Shown one piece after another: positions 11,361-22,660 of a DNA stretch of 64,000 nt. The stretch is from Octopus sinensis. Lineage: Eukaryota. The translations under genes and the position numbers were made by a program. Location: the NCBI RefSeq assembly GCF_006345805.1, contig NC_043004.1:434001-498000 (forward strand). Direction: 5' to 3'. The stretch's first letter is position 1, and the number at the start of each line of letters is the position of its first letter. Under the pieces are notes generated by a model. That model was given only the letters and a program-made list of their open reading frames with translations, ran no database searches and was not told the DNA's origin.

Positions 11361-11583
11361 CAGTAATCCCTTGCCATATCATGGTTCACCGATCACGGAT
11401 TATTATTTGAGCTTTCATCGATTCCTCTATGATGTTGTTTTGCATTTATAATAAAATAAATATATACAGATTATAAAAATAATTTTTTAAAATAGACAGT
11501 ACAGTACTGTTTCTACTTCACGGACTTCCACTTGTCGCAAGGGGTTTTGGAACGTAACACCTGCAATAGTTGAGCTATTAATG
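11361..11583. mobile_element. Tc1/mariner MITE, same family as 2054-2276
   Basis: TA-cagtaatccc... terminus and shared internal sequence. Confidence 0.75.
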
Positions 11584-12056
11584 TATATATCGTTGCTATT
11601 ATGTTGTATGTCCAAATTTGGCCAAATGTGTTTTTTTTTTTTGTTTCAATATTTAATTTTGCTTGCAATAGCTGTTTTTTTTGGTCAAACTATCGTATCT
11701 CTGCCTGCTTCAGATGAAAATTGTCAAAGGTGTAGTACAACAGTTTAGCATTTTTTTTAAATGTAGTAAGTCCTACATACGATAGTTTTGCAAAAATATT
11801 TCTGACTGAAAATATCATACATTCATGGAGTTATGGTTGACCAGTTTACGATAATGGAATTTAGGGAAAAATTGAAAATAATAATACTGATAAATCACCA
11901 AGCACAGGCATGGCTGTTGGGTAAGAAGTTTGCTTTCCAGCCACATGGTTCCAGGTTCAGTCCCATTGTATGACATCTTGGGTAAATGTCTTCTACTATA
12001 GCCCTGGGCCAACCAAAGCCTTGTGAGTGCATTTGGCAAACAGAAATTAAAAGAAG

Positions 12057-12107
<51 letters not shown>

Positions 12108-12419
12108 ATGTGTTCGTTTGTCCCCCCCACCACCACCACTGCTTGACAACCGGTGTTGGTGTGTTTACATCCCTTTAACTAAGCACTTCAGCTAAAGACA
12201 CCAATATAATAAGCACCAGGCTTTAAAAAAAAGAAATACCGAGGTTGAGTCATTAAACTAAAAACCCTTCAAAAGTTAGGGTTCCAGCATGGCCACAGTC
12301 CAATGACTGAAACAAGTACAAGATAAAAGATATACAGGGTGAGGTGAACAATGAGAATTGCTTCTTTATTCCAAACATGTTCCAGCAGATTCGACCCTGA
12401 ATTTGTTTAATGTTGTTAC

Positions 12420-12547
12420 ATCTCGGAAGAACAGTCCCTTTATGATGAATGTGTGTTCGTAACACTGTTGATTCTGTTGTGTAAGAGATTCTGGGAACCC
12501 CAGGGTTTTGACATCATTGTGTCTCATTAACCAAAGGCACCCCCAGA
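12420..12547 (-). CDS. Candidate exon (WGCLWLMRHNDVKTLGFPESLTQQNQQCYEHTFIIKGLFFRD)
   Basis: ctaac branch point, cattag| acceptor, GAT|gtaaca donor. The frame is open for about 63 codons while all plus-strand frames contain stops. Confidence 0.45.
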
Positions 12548-13591
12548 CTAATGAATCTCACAAAAGTTAGAGGCTCTTGCTTAAATTTATTTAGCAAATA
12601 AACTATTTACTGTTCCATACTAATATCTGTCAACAAATATTTATTTCGTTATTGCCCACCGGAGTACCGCCTAATTGGCACCCATGCTAGTGGCACATAA
12701 AAAGCTCCATTTGAGTGTAATCGATGCCAGTGCTGCCTGACTGGCCCCTGTGTCGGTGGCATGTAAAAATCACCATTCAAGCATGATTGTTGCCAGTGCC
12801 GCCTGACTGTCTCCCATGCCGGTGGCATGTAAAAAGCACCATTCAAGCATGGTCAATGCCAGTGCAGAGTGACTGGCTCTCATGCTGGTGGCATGTAAAA
12901 ATCTCCATCCAAGCGTGGTTATTGCCAGTGCTGCCTAACTGGCCCTTGTGCCAGTGGCATGTAAGAAGCACCCACTACACTCTCAGAGTGGTTGGCGTTA
13001 GGAAGGGCATTAGGAAGTGCACCCTTCTGGCTTGCCACCCCTGAGTCAAACCATCCAACCCATGCTAGCATGGAAAGCAGGAATTAAACAGCTATGATGA
13101 TGATGATGATTCTGGTATGCTAACAATTCTGTCAACTTCCTGCCTTATTCCCAGTAAATAATGTTAAAAATTAAATAGTATTTTTCCATGAAATAGCTTT
13201 AGATTTTTAAAAAGCATCACAGCTTTAGTGAAAACTAATGATTTTTTCAAATACTATTAACTAGAAAAATTTTAAATAAATAGGAAAAAAATATGCATTA
13301 TTTTAAAGAAAATTATTTTGCAAAGAGATTGACATAAAGCTTAGTGTTTAAGCTACTAGGAAGCAGAAAATATGTATAAATACATATATATATGTGTGTG
13401 TATGTGTGTGTGTATGTGTGGGTGTTGATAATAAAATATTAGATGCTTAAGCTGATAGCAATGGGTGGTGCCTAACTACATGCATTCCATTCATAATATT
13501 ACCAAGGCTATTACAAGGGAAAAATCTGCTTAAAGTCTTAAAAGTTTGCTAGAAATTGAACTCAATAAATCCTGCCTAAATAACTAAATAC

Positions 13592-13644
13592 CAGTCTTTT
13601 GTCACCGATGGAGACAAGAGACATTATTAACGTACTAATTTCAT
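13592..13644 (-). CDS. Candidate small exon (EISTLIMSLVSIGDKRL)
   Basis: tttgtttctaatcag| acceptor and CTG|gtattt donor. Confidence 0.25.
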
Positions 13645-15806
13645 CTGATTAGAAACAAATGTGGCCTGATTTGGTGACAATTAAGAATGTGGCATGATAC
13701 AGTGACGACCAATCTCTTTGCATAGTGAGAGGTATTTAAGAGGTATTTAGCGGATCAAAATAAGTGGAAATAAAATTAGATTATCAATTGTTTGAATTGG
13801 CCTGAAATCATTGAAGATATTAAGATAAAATTAACGGATTAATTATTCATACACTAAAACGACTTATTGTTATTAATGTAACTGTTGTTGTTGTTATTAT
13901 TATAGTTGTTGCTGCATTTGTATTTTTGCTGATTTTGTTGTCAGCTTCCGCATAAGTTTTTTTTTTTTTTTTTTTAGCAAGGGTGGAGGCAAAAAAAGAA
14001 ATATACAAAATATCAAAACAAAAACAAAACAAAATGCAACAATATGCAATAGGATGTTTGAGCTTGCAGAAAGCCGAGGAAATTGGGAGATATTCAACTG
14101 TTTCTAACAATTAAGTCGCCCTCTTTTCAGCTGTGTTGCACCCTGCACACTAAAACTATGACAGATACTACAATACGGGTGGATAGAGGGTGGGTGGGGG
14201 CCAAAGTTGCAGTAAACGCTGACCTGTTAGAATGCTTGCTAGATTTCAAAAATACTTGCTTTCAAATGTTATGACATTTGCGTTTATACATACATACACA
14301 TTCTTTTACTCCTCTGTCTGTTTCAATCATTTGGCTGAGGCCATGCTGGAGCGCCACCTTTAGTAGAACAAATCGACCACGGGACTTATTCTTTGTAAGC
14401 CTAGTACTTACATTCTGTCGGTCCCTTTTTGCCAAACCGTTAAGTTATGACAATGTAAATACACCTACATTGGTTGTAAAGTAGGCGGGGGGGGGGGGGA
14501 AGTACAGACACACAAACATATATACTGCGTGACAACTGATGGTTGGTGGTGTGTCTATGTCCCCGTAACTTAGCGGTTCGGCAAAAGAGTCCGATAGAAT
14601 AAGTACTAGGCTTACAAAGAATAAGTCCTGAAGTCAATTTGTTCAACTAAAGGCGATGCTCCAGCACAGCTGCAGTCAAATGACTGAAACAAATAAAAGA
14701 ATATATATATATATATACATACTGTCCATTTGGCTGGCATATATCCATTCTGTTGCAATTGTTTGAACTGTGTCTGCAACTTGCAGACAATTCAGCCTCT
14801 TGATTTGCAGTCTGCTCCTGCAGTTTCTCTCCCCACATGCTTCTTTTAGTTTCCATCTACCTAATCCACTCAGAAGGCTTTGGTCAGCCCAAGGCTCTAG
14901 TAGAAGACACTTGCCCAAGGTGCCACAGTGGGACTGAACCCAGAACCATGTGGTTAGGAAGCAAGCTTCTTATCACACAGCCATGTCTGTGCCTATGTGT
15001 ATGAATGTTTGTTTATACATATATACATATCCTATGAGTAAAGACCTTTGGGCTTTACTCATAGGATATTGGAATATTGCATATATACCATTATGCCTAA
15101 AAAATGGATTTACAGCTTCAATGCCCATACATATCTTGCATCTATTTTCTTTCCTCTACCTCACTCTCTATTTTGTATCACATCGAAACTAACTATGACT
15201 TAACCATCCTCTCACACCGTCACCAATGAAAAGATATGATTAATAAATATCCTAGAAACAGCTGTAAGACCATCTATCTATAAATGCTCTAATATCTACA
15301 CAGCTTTGCGGGTTTTTTATCTTATTACGCAAAAAATTCTAATATATATATATAAGTTCAGTAAAAATTTAGATTCAGTTGAATATGGTACTTAAGTTAA
15401 AGGCACCAGAATTTGGTATGGTACTATCCATATCAATCAAATGGGGTGATTATAATCAAAATAAGCAACAAGAATATCCATGCTACTTCATTTAATTAAA
15501 CAATGCAAGTATTACATCAGTTTTAAAATGTAGAGCAATCTTCAGCTGTATATGGAATTTTTGTAGTTAAATTGACAAGATTCATTTATATACTAATTCC
15601 ATTTGCCAACATTACAAAGAGGGTAGGTATATAGACAGAGAGGTAAATCCCATCAACAGAAACATGATAGTAAATGATATTTACTCATGGATACATTTCT
15701 TATCACTCTGATGTAATACTTACATTGTTTAATTAAATGAAGTAGCATGAAACAATTGTACTGCACTACCTTTGAATATCCTTGTTGCTTATTTTGAGTA
15801 TATATA

Positions 15807-15837
<31 letters not shown>

Positions 15838-17239
15838 GAGTATATTAGAAGGTTTGGAGGTGATGTACAGGTATTATATATTAGAAAAAATAAGGTACTC
15901 AGAAATCTGGATGGTTGTACATTTACAGATTTTTATTAATATGTCACATGGGTATATATACATATGTCTTTTTACTTGTTTCAAGTCAGTAGACTGTGGC
16001 CATGCTGAGGCACCACCTTCAAGAATTATAGCTGAACGAATCAATCCCAGGACTTATTCTTTTTAAGCCTGGTGTGTATACTCTTGGTATCTTTTGTCAA
16101 ACCGCTAAGTTACTGGGGACAGAAACACGCCAACACTGGTTGTCAAGTGGTGGTGGCAGTGGTGGTGGGGAGAGATAAACACAGACACAAAGACGCAAGT
16201 TCACTTTCTGCTGGGATTAACTTTGCCTTCCATCCATCTATAGAATAAAAAAACCCACTGAATATTACAGCTCTCTCTCTCTCACGCGCTTCCACTCCCT
16301 TTCTCTGGTAACAGGATTTCCTGTTACAAATGACAATACATTTCGTTTTGGGATTTGGTTTGCAAGATTCTTTACGTGAGTTCGTGTGTTGAAGCATATT
16401 CTGTTGTGTCTGGGGAGAGTCATTTTCTTTTTGTGCCTTATTATGTAACACACTCACCAGTAAACTTTCCACTTTTTTCTTATTTTTATTTTCCTAAAAT
16501 TTTCATTGCGTCTTGCAACCTTTTCAAAACTATTGAAAAGGTTGCAAGCTGTACGGCAGGTTGTTCCCTAATTTCTGGTAAAGTGAATTGTGTCTTGGTA
16601 CTGTTTTTACCACAGACGGTGCCTAACTGACCCTACTATACTGTGTATTTGAGAAAATCAGAAACAAACAATGCGCATGCACAAAATTAAAAATACCAGC
16701 TGGCGAAAATTTACCCATCACACATAACTTCTTTTGGCTTCTATTTATTACATACATTCCCAAGGCTTTGGTCAGCCTCAGGCCATAATTGAAGACACCT
16801 ACCTAACACTGAATCAAAATCCATGTGGATGGGAGTCAAACTTCTTGATCACACAGCCATGTCTGCACTTATAAACAGCATTCAGGAATTGACCTGTCTA
16901 TTGTTTTGCATGCCTTGGTTAATCTGCTTTTTAATACACATTCCACTGACACAGGTTCTTATTGTTAACAGTATTTTAGTTCTCATTGGATGATGTCATC
17001 TATGAATATGTCATGCCATGTCCTGTTTAGCTACCTTTACATTTCACACCAACAAATGACTCTATACGAAAATGTGAATGTGCTAATGTGGATGTGTAAA
17101 TGAAAACATAAAAAATGTTTTCACAGTTGAATAATTATGGTTTGCTAAAAATAAAATATTAAACATCATTTTCAAATAAGGAATTATCAAAAACCGGAAA
17201 TCATTTAAGATTTATAGTTAAATCAAGGGCCAGAGCAGG

Positions 17240-17700
17240 TTTCACAGATATTAAATGAACAACTCAGGACTATAAATCAAGCTCACAAGCCCGGATGCCT
17301 GTGTGCACAGAGCAGTGAAACATGAGCTGTGACCACAGAGGACATGCAAAGTCTTGAAAGACGTGAAGCTAGCATGCTTCACTGAATGTGCAATGTCAGT
17401 GTGCATGTACAACGAAGTGTAAAAATGTTTTGAGAGAAACATTGGATATAAAGAAGCATCGGATATATTGTGAAAAAGAGAAGACTGTGCTGGTATGGTC
17501 ATGTGATGTATATGGATAAAGACAGCTGTATGAAGAAGAGCTCATCTCTGAGTGTGGAGGGAATTTGTAGAAGAGGGAGACCAGGAAAACATGAGATGAA
17601 ATGGTGGAAAATGACCTTTAGAAATGGTCTTAGAGAAGAGATGGCAAAGGGCTGAGACAATTAGCAATTTGCTGTGCTTAAGAAGACTCTGTTCAGCTAA
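17240..17700 (+). mobile_element. RTE-clade LINE 3' fragment
   Basis: KKRRLCWYGHVMYMDKDSCMKK...VEGICRRGRPGK matches the RTE post-RT motif RL.W.GHV.RM...EG.R.RGRP. Confidence 0.8.
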
Positions 17701-18639
17701 GTAAAACCAAAGCCATAAAGAGATGTCCTTTATGTCCCTGACAAACCTCTCTTCCACATCCCACCTTCAAACCAACACCTAGCCCCTTCTCTCCACTTGT
17801 GCTCAACATACATTGCATTCCTCTCCCCTCTATCTCCCACCCCCATCACAAACCTACAGGCACTTAATATGTTCCTGTTGAATCTCTTCCCCCACAACAT
17901 ATCCTCCTACTACCCCCCTTCCCCTCTACTTGTGCCCACTCACTACATTCCCCTTTCTCTCCATCTCCCACCTTCCTTTTATAATCTTTCCAATCCTTGG
18001 TCCACTTCACACTATACACCCCACTATAACTTGGACATATGCCCCATCACATCTTCACCATCCTACCTCAATCTCTCTCTCTCTCCACTTGAGATAGCCA
18101 TGTTTCCTCTCTGATGCAAGACTGCCTTTTTTCTGTCCCTCTATATAACTTTCCACCTCAGACAAGGAGATCTATTTGTCTTGCAAGTTACTTGGTTACA
18201 TCATAGCTGCTGGTACTGCATAAAAAGCATCCAGTACACTCTGTAAAGTGGTTGGCATTAGGAAAGGCATCCAGCCATAGAAACCCTGCTGGTATAGCTC
18301 TCTCCTCTTTGCCACTTCCTGTCAAACTGTCCAACCCATGCCAGCATGAAAAACAAACGTTAAATGATGATGCTGATGGTCATCATTAGGGTCATCAGGT
18401 GAATTAATTCATTTGGCAATGAAGTGGCAAAGTCAGTTGAGCATCTGATTAGAATGCCTTATTGTATTAGTTCCAGTTCTTTGTGTTCTGAGTTCAAATC
18501 CCACTAAAGTCAACTTTGCTTTTCATCCCTCATTGGTCATAAATGAAGTAACAGTAAGATACTCAAGATGTTTCTTTCTCTCTTTCCTTCATAATTAATT
18601 ATGCTTTGAAAGAAACATGGAGAATCACTCAGTGCTAAC

Positions 18640-18722
18640 TTTTATCAAGAAATGGAGACAAGTCAAACCAGAAATTAGTAATTGGTTCTCATCTAACTTG
18701 CTGCAAAAACTTTCCAAAGAAA
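18640..18722 (-). CDS. Candidate exon (SLESFCSKLDENQLLISGLTCLHFLIK)
   Basis: Strong polypyrimidine acceptor ...ccatattccttag| and AAA|gttagc donor; 83 nt, phase 1 to 0. Confidence 0.5.
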
Positions 18723-18879
18723 CTAAGGAATATGGTGAGAGTAGAGAAATAATGGTGTTATGTGATATGGAATAATAAAAAACAAAAAAAATCATCATTT
18801 TGGTATAAATACACATCAAAACAGTCAAGAAAAGATTCAAAACAATATTATGTGATATTTAAGTATTTTGTATCTGAAA

Positions 18880-20077
18880 TAATATTTATTTGATACAGAG
18901 TTGGTCCTCTTTTAGCTTTCTGAACAGCTTCGATGCATCTAGGAATTGATTCATATAGCTTCCTGACTTCATTGAGAGGAATCTTGAGCCATTCTTCCTG
19001 CAAAACCTGCTCCAGCTGTTGCAGACACGACGGTGGAGGGTAACAAATTCTAACTTGTCACTCCAAGATACACCACAAATGCTCAATAATATTAAGATCT
19101 GGAAATTGAGAGGGGCCACTCCATATGTTGTAGCTCACTACTATGGTCTTTGTACCAATTCTTAAACACATGAGAGGTATGTATTGGAGCATTGTCATCT
19201 TGGAAGCTGCACTCACCTTCAGGGAATAATGTCTGGACCATGGGAAGGATTGATTTCCCAAAATCTTCAGATAATCATTGCTGTTGATCCTACCATGCAG
19301 GGCAATGACTGGACCAAGAGAATTCCAAGAAATGGCTGCCCAAACCATCACAACCTTCCCCCATGAAGAAGGCAGTCAGGATTAAAAGCTTCCCTGGGCT
19401 GCCTCCACACATAAACTTGCCCTGCAGTGGGGAAAAGAGAGAAACTGGACTCATCGGAGAATATTACTTGCTTTCATTAGTCTGTCAACCCAGCCCTTGT
19501 GATCTCTACACCAGTGCAACCATTTTTTAATGTTTTGATGAGAAAGTAGAGGTTTCCTGATGACGGCTCTTCCATGATATCCAGCTCACAGCAAACAGTT
19601 TTGGTTGAACCTGGGCAAGTCAGATGTTGAATCAACTCTGTATTCACATTAGGGGCAGTTGTCTGGTGATTTTTCATAACAATGTGATTCGACACTTGTC
19701 AGTCTCTTTCAGTGAGCTTCAAAGTCCTGCCAGACTTACTCCTCCTGCTGGAGGTTTTGCCTTGCTTCTTAAATTCGGTCATGGTCCTTGATGTGGTAAG
19801 CTCTCAAAAAACCAAGGATGGTTTGATGATGGAAGCACCTGCCATTCGAGCCCCAACAATTTTCCCTTTCTCAAACTCAGTGACATCATGCATCGTAGCT
19901 TAATTTATATTATGATCTGAAAAAGAGATAGAAATAATCATTAAATTAGATAAATAAAACCATCTAAAATACAAAAAACACGCACTCACAATCAAATTCG
20001 GATGGATATTCGTGATATAAAGGCTCATCGAAATATTGGGGTTAAATTTCTACTGTTCCAATTATTTTGTCCAACCC

Positions 20078-20078
<1 letters not shown>
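18880..20078 (-). mobile_element. Tc1-like DNA transposon, 5' TIR retained, 3' TIR not seen
   Basis: The minus-strand 5' end reads gggttggacaaaataattggaaca beside a TA run; no matching TIR was found beyond the transposase 3' end. Confidence 0.65.
18890..19893 (-). pseudogene. Tc1-family DDE transposase, disrupted by frameshifts and stops
   Basis: MHDVTEFEKGKIVGARMAGAS (HTH), IVMKNHQTTAP..., MVWAAISWNSLGP..GRINS..Y, PDLNIIEHLW, C-terminal SIPRCIEAVQKAK.GPT.Y. Confidence 0.9.
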
Positions 20079-20110
<32 letters not shown>

Positions 20111-20113
<3 letters not shown>

Positions 20114-20330
20114 TAATCCCTTGACTATCGTAGGTGTTAAGTTCCCCCCCCCCTTGTAGGTGAAAATCCGCAAAGTAGAAACAGTACTGTACTGTATATA
20201 TTTTTTTATTATTTTTATAATCTGTATATATTTATTTTATCATAAATGCAAAACAACACCACACAGGAATCAATGTAAGCTTAAATAATAAACCACAATA
20301 GGTGAACGGCGATATGGTGAGGCATTACTG
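20111..20330. mobile_element. Tc1/mariner MITE, reverse orientation relative to 2054-2276
   Basis: TA-cagtaatccc...cattactg-TA. Confidence 0.8.
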
Positions 20331-20354
20331 TATATACATACATACATATATATA

Positions 20355-20672
20355 GGAGCACTCCGTCAGTTATGACAACGAGGGTCCCAGATGATCCGAT
20401 CTACGGAACAGCCTGCTCATGAAATTAATGTGCAAGTGACTGAGCAATCCACAGACACGCGTACCCCTAATGTAAATCTCAGCGCGACACAAAGTGTGAC
20501 AAGGCCAGCCCTTTGAAATACATGTACAACTCATTTTTGCCAGCTGAGTGGACTGGACTGGAGCAATGTGAAATAAAGTGTCTTGCTCAAGGGCACAACG
20601 CGTCGCCGGGAATCAAACTCATGACCTTACAATCATGAGCCGAAAGCCCTAACCACTAAGCCATGTGCCTTC
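20355..20672 (-). mobile_element. tRNA-derived SINE family 'S4'
   Basis: ggagcactccgtc...gtgcaagtg(a/g)ctgagca...ccctaaccactaagcc; related segments at about 3420-3715, 5575-5870 and 23535-23830. Confidence 0.7.
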
Positions 20673-21060
20673 ACGTATATATATATATATATATCGACAT
20701 GTGTCTTTGTGTCTGTGTTTGTCCCCAGCCACTGCTTAACAATAGGCATTGGTGTATTTAAGTCTCTAACTTAGCAAGTTGGCAAAAGTAACTGATAGAA
20801 TAAATAGCAGGCTTAAAAACAAATTACTGGGGTCAAAAAGCACGTAAAAACCACCATCCGAACGTGGTTGATGCCAGATCAGATTGGAGCCTGGTGCGGC
20901 CTCCTGGCTTGCCAGTCTCCAGTCAACCCATCCAACCCATGCCAGCATGGAAAACGGACGTTAAACGATGATGATGATGATGATTATGCCAGTCTAGTGA
21001 CAGTAACTAGTTCAAAATATTCAGTGCATGACACGCAAAAATTGTTTGATAAATGTTTAC

Positions 21061-21112
21061 AGATATCACATATATATTTAGAAAATTGCACTGATCTAGA
21101 TTGTACAAATAA
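21061..21112 (-). CDS. Candidate exon (LFVQSRSVQFSKYICDI)
   Basis: ttaattatattcacag| acceptor; T|gtaaac donor is phase 1, compatible with 18640-18722. The 3' boundary is uncertain. Confidence 0.4.
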
Positions 21113-22119
21113 CTGTGAATATAATTAAAATAATAAATATTTTTGTGATCTAGTGTAGCATTTAGAAATAGATTTCCAAAGTGTTATACTTCAGTTATTT
21201 CTTCTTTTTTACTGAGCATGTTTTGGAGTTTGGTCACAGGGCCACTGCCATCAAGTTTTTAGTCACTCATATCACTCTCAGTAACTTCATTAATCATCAT
21301 CATCATTGTCCAACGTCTGTCTTCCATGTTGGCATGGGTTCAATGGTTTGACTGGGGACTGGCAACCCAGGAGGCCACACCAGGCTCCAATCCAATCTAG
21401 CAAGGTTTCTACAGCTGGATGCCCTTCCTAACGCCAACTCCTTCGATAGGGTAGTGGGTGCTTTTTACATGCCACCAGCATGGGAGCCAGTCAGGCGGCA
21501 CTGGCATCAGCCACCTTCAGATGGCTGTTTTATGTGCCACCAGCACAGGACCCAGTCACACAGCTCTGGCAATGACCCACGCATGCATGGTGCTTATTAT
21601 ATGCCACCAGTATGGGAGCCAGTCAGGCAGCACTGGCATCGGCCACAAATACAATTCCATTTGATTGTGGTTTTTAACAGGTCATGAATCCTAGGTTCAT
21701 TAAACTTCATCTGACTCCACCTTATGTGGGACCCTGTCGCATATAAGTTAAAGAAACCTGTTACAAGTAAATAACTCCTCTCTCTCTTGGTAGACAAGGA
21801 GTAAGCAGTGAACCTAAGAAGTAAAAATTGGAGTGGAATCTCTACGGTAGTCTCACATTTAACTCAACACTCTTCTGGCAGATCCTGCAGCCAAACTGGT
21901 ACCAAACAATGTATTGCCCTTGAAACATTTAAACCACACCAGTGAAGCCAACAAGGGGATTGTGGTAGTTGGGCAACCTAGATCTTCATACTCTTATCTA
22001 AGGTGTGGAGTGGTCACTTCAGTGACTAACCAGTAGTGCAAGTCTCCATTGTTTCATTAGACAAATGCCAAAGACATTTGTTTCACATGACTTTTTGTAT
22101 TTTTGTTATGTACAATTCT

Positions 22120-22660
22120 ACATTTGTGAGATGAGGAATTCATTCTATATAAAAGGTATATAGTGTTCACATCTTGATTGTTGCTTTCACTATGTTTCAC
22201 CTGTTGTATGCTCCAGCCTTCTTCAGGTGTCTTGTGTTGGAACTTTGTTGTTGCATTGGAATTTTATTATGTAGTTTAGCTAGGATGGAGGGGCAAGGTG
22301 CACAAACTTCACAGGCCATTGAAGACGGGAAAGATCTAGTAAGTTTGATATTCGATTTGACAGATAGATCTGATTGTAAATGTTGGCATGGAATATGAGG
22401 ATGCAAAAGGAATTCCAAAGGATTGGTATTCTGGAGAGAAAGGGTTAAGGTTGTGATTAGTGAGAGGGATAGGATGATAATACTGACCAGATGATAAAAA
22501 GAAAAGATAGGTGGGGGTGGGGTATATTGGGTGGATCTGTGTGGGTGGAGATGGTTTACAACCAAGTATTTCGGGAGATCAGAGGCCATTGCCATTGTGA
22601 TAGATTAAGTTTAATGAGGAGACGTCACGTCTGTAACTGAAAGATTGTGGTGTGTCCATG
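22120..22660 (-). mobile_element. Penelope-like element 3' relic with degenerate HHR pseudo-LTR
   Basis: Pyrimidine-rich 3' region ending in gacacCTGAAGAaggctgg...GAAAca and aattcctcatctc..aaatgtagaa, homologous to the tail of the tRNA-head elements. Confidence 0.55.

Noticed and set aside
14050-14830. Further candidate exons (VSVYCNFGPHPP..., LQVADTVQTIATEW...)
   Set aside because: Splice sites or phases are ambiguous, and one acceptor falls inside SINE sequence.
16512-16548. pre-miRNA
   Set aside because: The perfect stem is only 16 bp with a 5-nt loop, too short for a canonical precursor. It is kept only as a structural observation.
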